Assembly (NCBI GenBank): GCA_043228905.1
Contig: JBHGNT010000001.1
Coordinates: 2,728,001 to 2,792,000, forward strand
Direction of reading: 5' to 3'
DNA: 64,000 nt
Source: Azolla caroliniana
Lineage: Eukaryota > Plantae > Polypodiophyta
The notes under the pieces were generated by a model that saw nothing but the letters and a program-made list of their open reading frames with translations, had not been told where the DNA came from and did not search any database. Of the stretch, positions 1 through 12,260 are shown one piece after another. Numbering within the stretch: position 1 is the first letter of the stretch; each line of letters starts with the position of its first letter. A program made the position numbers and the translations under genes.

Positions 1-475
1 GAAAAAAGAGACCCAAATGCTCTATTTTCTCTCTTCTGCTAAAAAGATTGACCAAAAGCATTACCTGATAATATGGACATGGATTCCTCCCAAAATGAAA
101 GAGTTTGCTTGCTTTTCCTTGTGCTTTTTCTTTCACCTTTGAAACTTTCTCTCTTTCACTCACTCTGTCTCAATCTCTATCTCTCTCTATCTCGACGTCA
201 CGGCGATGGAGGGGGTGATGGGTTTCAATGCGCCGAGCAGGTTTTGCCGGGAGAAGATCAGAGCAGGGGACGACAGGGACACCGAGCTCTACTATAGTAG
301 TATGTATTGGGGTGAATGAGCCAAATCCAGTAAAAAGCTTAAGGAAGTAGAAGTAGGAAGGAAAGGAAGTTTTCCCTAAGGTTTCAAGAAACTCCAAATA
401 TGACCCTCTAGTCTCCTCAAAATCCCCAAACCGCCCTTCCTTTTCCAAGAGAAAGAAAGAGCCAAAATTAAAATC

Positions 476-664
476 GGCCCATGAGACAATTAGTTTACAA
501 CAAAAATGGGGTATTTACCCATTCATCGAAAGAAAAAATAAAAACAAAATAAAATAAAATAGAGCTTCAGCTAAATGGTTCTAGTAAAAAAAAACCATGT
601 GTTTTTTTTTAGAAAGAAAGAAAGAAAGATATATTAACGTCTTCTAATGCCAGAATTGGCCCAT
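476..664 (-). promoter_or_regulatory. Two site-II-like (TGGGCC) motifs, probable promoter of a minus-strand gene running off the left end
   Basis: GGCCCAT at 476-482 and 658-664 within a duplicated ~20-bp context (aat[c/t]ggcccatgaga[c/t]aatt). A possible first exon ATG TCC ATA TTA TCA G|GTAATG starts at 80 on the minus strand. Product not identifiable. Confidence 0.3.
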
Positions 665-679
665 GAGATAATTGGTTGG

Positions 680-999
680 GGTCAAAATCGAACCGGTTTG
701 GAACCGAATTGTTTAAATTTTTTGAAACTTGAACCGAACCACGAAATCGTAAAACCGAACTGTTAAACGTTAAACATTTTTCAAACTGTTAAAACCGCGG
801 TTTCGTGGTTCGGTTTTGGTTTTTCAACTTAGGTCAAATTTTAAAGATGTTCCTAAAATGTGAGAATAAGATCTAAAAATGAAAAAATTGTTTAAAAACA
901 ATCTTTTAAAATTTAAATAAACCGTTTAAACCGCATTTCTGTTTGTTGAACCGTTAAGTCGCGGTTTGGTTTGTTTCAAACTGAACTGTTGCTAATTGT
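680..999. mobile_element. Truncated non-autonomous hAT-like/MITE element (AACCG-rich)
   Basis: Many AACCG/CGGTT motifs. The interior aligns with 1561-2023 (ttttcaacttaggtca...cctaaaat[g/a]tgaga...aaaaatgaaaa). Right end ctgttgctaattgt resembles the terminus of that copy; left TIR not found. Confidence 0.6.
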
Positions 1000-1560
1000 A
1001 AGTGTCCCATTCCTTAGCCCCCAACATGGGAGGGGGGTGACCCCAAAGTTAGTTGGGGTATCATTCTAGCATTTTTCACACACATTGATTCATCTAACCG
1101 TTTGTGGTTTCACCAAAGCGAGACACACATAGAGATAGATAAATAGATAGATAGATAGATATTTTATAACGTCCATAGAGAGGCCAATATCTAGAGATAA
1201 AGAGATTTTATTGTCATGTTGTATGTTCTCAGTTGTAAGAAATGCTAGTATCGATTTAATGGAGGTTACGCTTGAGATAGATTGGAGATTTTTGTAGGTC
1301 ACTAAAGCCTTGCTTGGCGGACTAAAAACAAACAAACAAATGATGTATATCCTAAACTAATTCACATGTATACACGGATTGGTTGATAAAGAGTGGGGAA
1401 TAACAAGATCCAATAGGTCGTAGCAAAGTGCGGTACAAATGGGGGTGCCAATCTTGTCTTTCTTTCAAAGCTAAAGGTGTTTATATTGGCGGGTGGGTGG
1501 ATTACCGCTAGGAGCTTCTTTATGACGATGTAATATTATTGCTTCTGGAATGTTTTAGAT

Positions 1561-2023
1561 AACAATTAGCAATGGTTTAGTTCGAGAGTGTCAAAACTTA
1601 ATTGTTTAAAAATTTTGAAACCGAAACCGAACCGAACCATAAAACCGTTAGGTATAAATCCAAACCCTTTAAACCATTAAACCGCTAAAACAACGATTTC
1701 GTGGTTTGGTTTCGGTTTTCAACTTAGGTCATTATTTCAAATTTTAATTTTTCAATATTTAAAAGATTTTTCCTAAAATATGAGATTAGGCTTAAAAATG
1801 AAAATGTTGTTTTAAATTAAAAAATTTAAAATTTAAAACCATTTAAACCACGGTCCACGATTTCAAACCATTAAAACCGAATCGAACTAAATTGTTCACC
1901 TCCAAACCGAACTGAACCGTTAAAAAAACTTGAACTTGGACTTGAACCGAACCGAACCGTTTCAACCGTTAAGCCCCGGTTTCATGGTTCGGTTCAGTTC
2001 AAACCAAACCATTGCCGATTGTT
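1561..2023. mobile_element. Non-autonomous hAT-like/MITE element with TIRs
   Basis: Left end AACAATTAGCAATGGTTT and right end AAACCATTGCCGATTGTT form an 18-bp inverted repeat with 2 mismatches. Subterminal AACCG arrays. TGTTTTAG occurs on both sides (1551-1558, 2024-2031), a candidate 8-bp TSD offset by 2 nt on the left. Confidence 0.72.
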
Positions 2024-2955
2024 TGTTTTAGAGAAACATAACTGACATTGATTTGTTAGTGGTTTGTATCAATGTCTAAACTCTACACTATAACGTTTTA
2101 TAAGTGGAGTGTTGAACTCTCCATTTCAATTGGTGTTTGGTTATGTACAATCGAGAATGCTTTCTCCATGTTTTGAGATATACTTTCAATATATTAGGGT
2201 ATTGGGGATTATGTGCCTTAAATCTTTTCTATGCTCAATATGGAGTTCAAAGACACATTCAACAATAAAAATGTAGATTGGTATGTCAATTTTCATTGTT
2301 AGAAACTTCAAGGAGAATGTCACAGGATGAATTAGGGATTTATCGATTAGCAAGGCAACATGTCCTTTTTTTGTATTGGCTTTTATCACATGGGACTATA
2401 CAAGCTCATAACGATGCCATGGTAACCCTTGATTGATTGATTTTGTGGCGAAATGATATTAGGTTAGCATATATCCATATATTGTAATTCAACTTTCATA
2501 GTTAATACATAACTGACTACGAAAAAAAAGGAAGATTTTATTGTCTTCTCAAAGGTCAAATAGGCCTTATGGGACAGGAAGTGAAACATTTTCCATGTTG
2601 AAGATATGAAGTTTATTAGAAACTCTCAAAGTTCAAGAGTTTCGAGACTACCATAGTGTGGCTTTGTGACAAAAATGTATGAAGGGATAGAATCAGCTCT
2701 ACCATGTGTGGTAGGCAAACTCATATATGTGGTCGAAGATAGAGTATTGTAGAGTGTCATGGTGAAGCAATAAAACAATAAAATACATATCAAGAAATGA
2801 AATCTAACAAATCATGAAAAGAGACAAAGTAAGATAATTTGGTCATGTTGATCCATCCCATGGCCATATGACATGCCTCATCTCCATTTAAAGCTTTTTA
2901 TGGTTACCTTTTATGGCTCTCTCTTTTTGTTTATAGAGTGGGTGTCTCATTCTTT

Positions 2956-3679
2956 TCTTTTCTTTTCCCAAAAAAGAAAGATACTACATCAGTATTAGAA
3001 AACGCCATAAGGCTAAACATACAAGATATCCACAGATGCCCTATATTTTCTAAATTCTAATGATCAGCTTAAATAAATACTTTGGTGTTGAGTAAAACCA
3101 CTCCACCGTATCAAAAAGCCGTCTATAAAATATACATATGTCCTAGATGTCATGAAACTCCAAACGCTTAAGGTCCGTTTGGTGCGTATTACCTTTTATA
3201 CTATCAAACAACCCTTTGAGATTATGCACAATCTCTATCCAAATTCCCGAAATAATTTGGGCATGTCTTTTAGCCACATTTTGAAACACCTTCAAACATC
3301 GAGCCTTCCAAATATACCAAATTGTAATACTACTTACCAATTGCCATATTTGAGGTTTATTCGTTTGTATTTGTGGATTCAAAGGGATCAAATTTTTTTT
3401 TCCATCAAACCGTGTCTCATCACAATAGCATCTGCAACCTCCTCCTGTTCATATACCATAGGTTTATCATGTACCACCGCCCATAATATTGCACCCCATG
3501 TATACACTGCTCTAGGATATATTGGCGTTAATAATTTTATGATTCGTTTCCATATGTCCATAGCAAAACCACAACTCCACAAAGAATGTTTAGCAGACTC
3601 TATTAAATCCGTACAGAAAGGGCACATCTTGTCTACATTTCGTTTTTGCCACCCATTAACTGGTATAGCTTTATGAACC
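2956..3679 (-). mobile_element. 5'-truncated LINE (L1-type ORF2 3' end, zf-RVT region)
   Basis: Minus-strand translation VHKAIPVNGW...CPFCTDLIESAKHSLWSCGFAMDIW (zf-RVT CCHC) and WYIWKARCLKVF, with a frameshift at the T-run near 3395. A-rich (AAAAG)n tail on the minus strand. Exact 18-bp TSD GTGGGTGTCTCATTCTTT at 2938-2955 and 3680-3697. Confidence 0.9.
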
Positions 3680-3799
3680 GTGGGTGTCTCATTCTTTCCC
3701 AAGTGATCACTGGTATTGGGCATCTCCTAGCCTTCAGTTTTGCAAAGTGATCTCTTAAAGTATCCTCACTTAGTCATTAGTCTCCAATTAGAGGAGGAT

Positions 3800-4360
3800 T
3801 GTGAGGTTATATTTTAAAGTATGGAACTGCATAGCTATAAATCGCGAGGTTGTGAGGTCTTTAAGGATTCATCATTACTATTAGGTCAACTACTAGAGAA
3901 GGAAGTATGTAGTGTGTACTTAGTATATAGGGGTGAGCATTTGTATTTAATACTCTAGGCATTCCTCTCATATGCCCATCATGATTAATGAAAGGGCATG
4001 TGCCAAGCGGCCTATAGCCTATAAAAGATTGCCCATTGTAATTGGATAAAGGGGATTCAATCATCAATTATTGATGCAGAAGTAATTACATTGCTATTAT
4101 TCTGTCTTGGGTCTCAACCCATACATGATCATAGATTAATCATGATTTGTCTCCAACATTGATCAACTGGGATGAGCAAGCACTTCTGGAGTTTGTTACA
4201 TACATGAGATCCTTCGGTTCAATCTTGAGCCAAAAAGCTGTAGCCTGTGAAGACTAATTCACATTAAAGACTCTCAATGTTGTAGCCTTACTCTCTCTCA
4301 ATCTCTAAGCCTGATTACCCACTCAGGTGTGTATCAGTCTTACTTAATTTGGTCTTCACG
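3800..4360 (+). mobile_element. Possible degenerate LTR
   Basis: Purine tract AGAGGAGGA just before TGTGAG at 3800, internal TATA (CTATAAAA, ~4019), and a degenerate end followed by a PBS-like GGGGTATC at ~4361. No second LTR seen. Confidence 0.3.
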
Positions 4361-6679
4361 GGGGTATCGGTCCGAGAAGCCTTACTTCTATCTCAAAAAA
4401 CGCATTCACTAGACACAGAGAAGTGCAAGAAAACATAAAGATTCAAATGTGTTTGATCTTTTCGCTCAACAGGAACTCTGCTCTGACACTAAATCATAAT
4501 CCAAATTTGAGATTCTTGTTTTGTGTTATAACCATAAGAAGCATGGATTTCAATCCCCCCTCAAAAAACCACAACTCTGATTTAAAATTTTTAAGAAAAT
4601 AAATTAAAACTTTGATAACTGCATAATGTAGAGAGATCGTTTCATCTTCAATGGAATTGAGACAAACATTATATTAATTGATCTGCGGGATGTGATCGGT
4701 ATGTATCAATATCAAAAGTGAGATCTGCTTATAATAAAGCCACGGAGGAGCTTGCTCTATATGGGAAGGAAATAATCCATCAAAATATTTTAATCATGAG
4801 ATTGAACCAACATAGAATTATTCTGATACCACAATTGCTTCCGTTTGTGTTGGATGAACCAGTTGTTTTTATAGCAGACATGTTGAGAATGAACGCACAT
4901 GAATTGTTTGTGAGAAATGGCTTCATGAACGAATATCTCAGTGTTTGTTTCTTTTCCTATATACCCTCCTCTGGAAGAAGTAATACAATAATCATCAGTC
5001 TTCTATTTATATCCCTTCCCAAATCGAAGAAAAACCATAACAAAGTCGCTAAAAACAAGATAGCAAAGCTAATTAAAAAAAACAAACCAACCGCAGAAAA
5101 GCAACTTTAAAAAAACGAAACAAAAATTGATTTCATGTGGATTGAATGACAAAAAACAAATTATACATATATGTATGTATGTATTTTTGCCTTTTGTTTT
5201 TGGGGAATTAAATTCAATGAGTTAAATGTAATATATATTTATATGCACAGATTTCAGTCCTTGCGTTGTTTAATGATTTGTTCTGATTCTAAAAGAATGG
5301 TTCTCCAAAGCTACTCTCTCTCATCTTCTGTTTTGTCCTTTGTTTTCCAGCTACCAAGAAGAAGAAGAAGAAGAAGAAGAATCAATCCATCCTGCTTTCC
5401 TTGCTTTGTTTGTTTTTCTGGAAACATGTGTTGCGTCTAAGTCAAAATGGTAGCTCTCTACTATTCTTAACTTCTACTCTACTCAAAAACCCTATATTTA
5501 GCAAATAGCATTGAGACTAACTTTAGTAATCGACCGATTGATCAATGAGCTCCAAAAAGACCTAACTCATTTAATTGAATAAATCAATCAATCATGAAAC
5601 AATAAATAGCTCTCATATAATTCCCACAAATGCTCATTTCACGTCAATTCCTGGTCATCATAACTAGTTACAATTGTTTTATGAAGGAGGTCACATCAAA
5701 TCATCATTGCTACATCATTACAGATATTGAACTATATGTATAGACACAATACATGTATAAAAAATATATATGCTCAGAGAGAGAGAGAGAGAGAGAGCGC
5801 TCCAAACTATGTTATATTATTAGCCACTATATTTATGTATTTCATCTTAACAAGAAAGACCATTCTAATCTCTCTAAATTAAATAACATGGATGTCCTCT
5901 ATAGATAGATAGATTTCTAGCTTTCTAGATCCTAGGACCTACAGAAATGTTCCCCACACCCCAATAACAACAAAGGAAAGTGTGTGGATGGCTTGTTATA
6001 CATTCAAACCTTTGTATGTATAATAATATTATAGTTTAAATAATTCAGTCCTCTTTAACTATATGTATATACTATTACTTCTACTACTACTATTGCTGCT
6101 GCTATCGTATAGATGGCTAGCCTCATCTAAGTTCATCTATTGTCAATAGCTTTCTTTTTATCAGAAACATCATTTCCCTACTATATTACAGGACTATCCA
6201 TCTATCTGTCTATCTATTATATTTTGTAAATCAATCAATTGTCTCTTCATACTACATAATTCAAGTTGTGTAGGGATTCTAATATAAATTTCGCACCTTC
6301 TTTTACATTACATTACATTGCATCCATCCATATATATTTTATCAACTCTTTTACATATTCTTATTTATTATTATACACACCTAACTATCAGAATTTCCTA
6401 GATTTGTTTTCACTCACTCCATTGATCTTATAGTAGGAAACTTGCTTAATTTAAATTGCATGATTATTTCCTTTCACGATAAATTAGATAGTTAATACTA
6501 GTTACTCAGTTTCTATTTTGATAGTATTAATTCCCACATTGTATCCATTATATTTGTAATATAACCTTGTATCTATCCATTTATTATAGAGATAAGCCTA
6601 AGAGAATGTATAGAAAATGGTCTGAATGTAGTATTAATAGTTATTAGATGCTCAGTTTTCTCTATTCCAAAAAATAATT

Positions 6680-9141
6680 ATGAATATGGACCCTCAATAC
6701 TCCTCAGATGATGAATCAGACGATACTTTGATTACAAAGCTAGCAGCCAAGGATAATTACGAGGTGCAAATTGTATACTATCTTAATAGAGGAGGGCAAA
6801 TCGATTACCCTCATATGATCGAAGGTTCTATCCCTGTGGATGGATTGCATCTTAGAGGTGACTGATAATTAATTATTGTAACCAACCATTATTCCTAATC
6901 AATCCAAATCAACAATGTAGTCTCTGTATCAAAACTTCTAATTCCTCTACTAATCTCTTAGAATTAGTTTTGTTACATTTGTAAACGCTTCTGTTAATAT
7001 TACTTTTCAATGCTTTTCGGATATATATAGCAATTATATTTGTCAGGCAATTTGTGATCATTTGGATGAAAATATAACAATTGGTGATAATCAGACAAAC
7101 AGTCTGGTTCTAATTTAAAGATGATTGGTTTCGTAGATTTCAAGAAGTGGTTAGGTTTGGTCCGAGGAAACTCGATGCCGAACTCATTCTCTTGGTCTTA
7201 TAAGAGGTAAAAAAAACGTAATTTAACCAGTTCTGAAATCCATATGAAGGAAATTATATGGCCTTTCAATAATTTTAACGTTTCTTTCTTAATGGTAGAC
7301 ATTAGACTTGACTCGAAGACTTGTGTCAAAAAGTTTTTCTGTTTTGCTTTTAACGTCTCTAACTATTAAACATTATGGATAGGAATTACAAAGGTGGTTT
7401 CATCTGGCATGACTTATCAGACAATGACCTCATCTGTCCAGTGCAAAGGAATGAGTATGTCCTGATGGGCTCTGAAACCCCACATGATCATTTCCAACAC
7501 CAACAAGGTATCATGTTGTGAAAACACGCACATAATTAATTACATATATATAGAGTATACTATATATATTGTATGTATATAAATGTCAATGTAGTAGCAG
7601 AGCCATCGATATTATAGCACATGTGATATAGTATGTAATGTATATAATGGATGAATATACATATTTGCAATGTATAATAATATATGTATGCCATAGGAAA
7701 GTATGTATCAGAAATTTATGGGATAGTATGAATGGAAATGTCTGTAATTCCAATGGATGGGATGTCTACAGGGTCAACTTATGGGCAGCCACAAGGTAAA
7801 GGCAAGGATGAGCTTAGGATGCATGAATTAGGAAAGGATCTCAGCATTAAACCACATGAGTTAGTCTACAAGACTACCATTACTTCCAAGAGCCCACCTT
7901 TGAATATCAAGATAAGTAGCCCTAGGGATATCCCTGCCGTGTCGAGGACTATTCTTAATTCAGACTCCGATGTGGATCAAATGATCCAGAATATGAATTA
8001 TGGAGTGACAAGGAACCTATATTCGACATACACACCGGGTCGAGAGTTTGTATCGAGAACCAAGCATAGAGTTCCGACATATCTGTCTTCGCCATCATCT
8101 TCGGATTGTGAGAATAACATGAAAGGGCCAAAGTGTGAAACCATGTCGACTAGTCTGGGTTCGAATATCCGACACAACCCCTACCAGTCGCCGATCAAGG
8201 ATGCAAAGTTCTATGGGCAGATGGTGGCGATCGATGCATCCACGCAAACCGGAGAAAGCAAGAGGAGCTCCATAGACAACAACATTCTAGCCAAAGAACA
8301 AACTGTAGCTAGACAAGTGCCCACAACTTCAGCTATTTCGCCCGCCACAACTCTCTTCTACCCGCATGTAGTCGAAGTGGAAGGAGGTGGTGCAAAGAGT
8401 GTTGATCTACTTCCTTCTTCTTATATTGATCACTCTAGGGCTAGTATATTAAATGTGGCTAAGTTTAACAAGTCGAGCTGCCAAAATTCTTCCAATAGAG
8501 CTACTACTACCGATGCCCTCCCGTATTTCACTCCAACAAGTTCCTCTTTGTTTAACACCTCTACTACTTCTAGTGTGGGTCTTCCAGACTATCTCGCGAC
8601 TAGCCCCAGCTCAACTCGATCCTTCAAAAGCATTAACTCCACCAATATTTCTCATTCAAAGAGCATGAATAAGTACTCCATCAATCCTCTACATTCCAGT
8701 AGCATGAATAGCTCTTCTTTGGATATAAGTCACCAAGGACTAGTGCCTAACACTAAGTGTGATGATCATCCTCATCCTAGTCACCATCACTCGAAGAGGA
8801 ATTTTTTCGTAAAGTATTCTGATCTAATCCAGCATTTCCTCCCTAGTGGTCTATGTGGGGGGGATGATATTGTGGAGAGTAGTATAAGTAATGGTATTGA
8901 TGAATATTCGTCAAGTACTATCCACACCATGAATGACATAAAACCTCCTCCCAAGATAGCCAACAATCATACAAAAAGTAGCAAAATCATCAGCAATACC
9001 ACTACTAGTCTACTTGATGACCATATAATTGTTGACAAGGATATTGGGTCATCACATGGACCAGATGATCAATATAGACAAGAAACTGTGAGTCCACAAC
9101 CAACCCTGAAGTCATCATGGCTTTCCTGTAGCTCTTGTTGA
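6680..9141 (+). CDS. SOK: SOSEKI (DUF966, DIX-like domain) polarity protein, 4 exons, ~580 aa
   Basis: Exons 6680-6857, 7137-7206, 7383-7507, 7772-9141; all GT-AG and phase-compatible (1743 nt). N-terminus [20 protein letters not shown]...[42 protein letters not shown]...NEYVLMGSE matches the DUF966 consensus. Long Ser-rich disordered region and an LCG motif follow. Confidence 0.9.
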
Positions 9142-10121
9142 TTATACATACATACATACATACATACATACATCTATATATATATATATATATTTATGTA
9201 TGCAATATGTATTCATCATCATCATAAGTCTTTTGCTAGCCTCATATGGGATCTCTATTTAACACTCGGCCCATTCATTCTTGTTTTCACTGAATCTACT
9301 CATTATTGAGATTGTGATTGAAGTGTGTCATGATTTTGCTAAGCCTTTACAGCAATCCATTTAAAGTAAAGTCTGTTGAAATCATGATATCGAAGCCTTC
9401 AAAGTCTGATTGGATTAAAAGATTCAGTACTAACAAAAACAATGATTAGGAGTGTCCTTCAATTATATCACGAAGGCACTTACATACTAGACCTAGGTTT
9501 ACCTTATATGTACAACCACATGTTAGGTGCACAACCCGCTGCAACTTACATCCATACTAGCAATCAAACTCAGAGTATGTTACAATGGATAATATCCAAG
9601 TGTTAATTTTGATGCACAAACCACACAAGACAAAATTTGCTCACGATTTATTCTTTCATCTTGTTATTTTTGGGCGATGAGAGTATAGACGTTGGTCCAA
9701 ATAAAAGGTGGTTCGTCTCCTGTTCCTGCATTCATAGCTATGACCAACTGCCACAAATTACAGGAAATGACTAGAATTTTGGCATACTACTATTTGATTG
9801 TTTATTAAAGGTTATCATCTTACATAGGTAAATGTGCAGTTTCAAAAGAATACATGTTACATTACTAGTCATCTTAAAAATACTGGTCATAGTTTGAGAA
9901 ATATCACTATACATATACATACTGATGGTCAAGCAATCAAATAGTTTAGCTTTCAACCACATGGGTGTATGTATATCCATGAGTTATGGCACGCTGTTTT
10001 CTCGAACATTGGTCGGAGGAAATAAAGTGGCACCCACAAAATTCCAAATACAAATTAATCAGGAGAATCCATGTACATGTTGGAGGTGTTCATCATCCAA
10101 CAAACTCTAACAACCATGTTA

Positions 10122-10222
10122 GTGCATTGTATTACAACCTGCTGTATAGCAGCAGTAATTCACCTTGCTGTGCATTGTATTGCAACCTGCTGTATAGCAG
10201 CAGTAATTAACCTAGCTGTGCA
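10122..10222. repeat. 48-bp tandem repeat, ~2.1 copies
   Basis: gtgcattgtatt[a/g]caacctgctgtatagcagcagtaatt... starts at 10122 and 10170, with a partial copy at 10218. Confidence 0.85.
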
Positions 10223-12260
10223 ATATATACAAAATGTTTATGCATTATGTATGAATATGTGTGTTGCAGAAAATTGAACAGAACTTCAAAATAGATTGGT
10301 CAGATTACTATGTGGATGCTTTTTCTTTTGGTTGCAAGGTTCCCGTTAAACTTTTTGGATTGGACAATAGGTAGCCCCCTCTAGGCTGCAATGCCATAGC
10401 AGACTTGGGACATATCAAAAGTAAAATTTGGTGTTTTTTCTTTTCAATTTCAAAAAATGAAGAAAAGACATCACACATAATGTTATGCCTACAATTATCC
10501 ATTGAAACTATGACACTACCAATCTATCCGAATAGATAGATCAATTTATAACCGTGGATAGTATGGAGCAATGGCACAATCGAGCAACCACAGAAAACTA
10601 TAAAGGCGATGAAATGGTACTGTACATGCGTAATGTAGGAATGAATGTTTTACAAAAAATTTAACTAGAACAATTAATGTCACATGGTAAATTTATTTTG
10701 AAATAATTTCAACGTGAGTTTTTAAATCGACAATAAGTTCTCTCTAAGAAGTGATGCAATGGCAAATTTAGACATGGAAAGAATTCTTTCAAGTTCTAAA
10801 AGTGGAGACAAGCCAAGAGACTTATATTGTGCCTATGATATTGGAATTGAGGTAACATTGATCACATAGACTAAATTGGTCGATTAGTAGTCGAATGGGA
10901 TGAAGAATATGAAATACTAATGGGCAAATACAAAATTATGGCATGTCTCATACCAAAGCATATCATTTAGAAGATTGAACGGTGTCCAAATTCAAGTCTC
11001 GATAGAGTGCAATGATAACATTGCAATTTCGAGAAAGAATTGAGGGTGATTGCCTTGCCCAACTTTCCAATATTCAATTCAACTTGATTACTTTTTAAGT
11101 TATGTCATATTTAAAACTTAAAGTTTCCCAATATTCAATACACACACTTATGTAATATTCCCAAGTTTAGGTTCCCAATTTCGATACATCTTATGTGCTA
11201 TATTAATATATATATATATATATACCATATATATCTGGTATACAGAGCCAATGTTCAGACTTCAAAAATGCAACTTACATCTTTATTACTTTGGGTCTCA
11301 CCTTGTTTGTTCTTTTTATATGAAAACACATTCATCTATGAAACTCGAAAATGGGTTTCAAGCCCAAAATGGGTTTTGTGTTTAAGCATTGAATTGCATG
11401 TATCTCATCGCTGTCCTCAAACCAATAAAAAGCATGGTGTGTATGCATAGGAACCATAAATATCCTCACACCATGATTTCATCACAAATCGAGGCATGAC
11501 TAAGGATCAATGTTGGTCAAATGATCATCACAACCTAAAATGCATAACAGAACTAACTAGTGAAAACTTTTCTTTGACATTCATTAAGTTTTGATTGGGA
11601 TACAAATTTCTTCACCCCACGTCTACAATCAATCTTAATATTTTGTAGTTATAGAGTTTTTGGTGCAATATTCTACGATACAATTACATATGAAAATATC
11701 TTATTCAAACAAAATACAGGTAAGCCATCAAATCCTAGCTTTGTGTTGGTTAAAGCTCTTTTAGTAATAGAAAGGCATGGAATCTTCAACAATCCTTGAT
11801 ACATGTTCAAACCAATCCCAACATCATGTCTTTGTTGCAATAATATTACATCACTTTCAATAACCCCAAACTTTCATATCCACAATGGACAAAACATTAT
11901 CAATGCGAAAGGTGAAAGTCTTAAGAGCGACTCTACAACATTGGAAGTCACCACAAAAAGGAACCCGAGATAATAAGGAACAGCTCTTAGAGAAATAAGC
12001 AACGATCACGACATCGATGAATCACATAACCAAGTTGATCATCTCAACGGGTTTACACAAAGAACCCATCCAAGCAAACCAATGCACCCCAAAGAATAAT
12101 CGAAATCTCTTAGCGAAATGGGGAAGAATCATCACAAGTCCCATAATTAGGATGAAGCATTAGACCAGTTCTCGTAGAACATGCCCGTGGAATCAACGTA
12201 GGGGCCAACAAGTTCTTTAAAAGGGTCAGCGTTAAAAATGTAAATAATGGGATTGATTGA

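Noticed and set aside
3152-3676. 174-aa plus-strand ORF
   Set aside because: Antisense to the LINE ORF2 fragment.
4718-5440. 130-aa and 89-aa plus-strand ORFs
   Set aside because: No recognisable domain or splice structure; low-complexity AT-rich composition.
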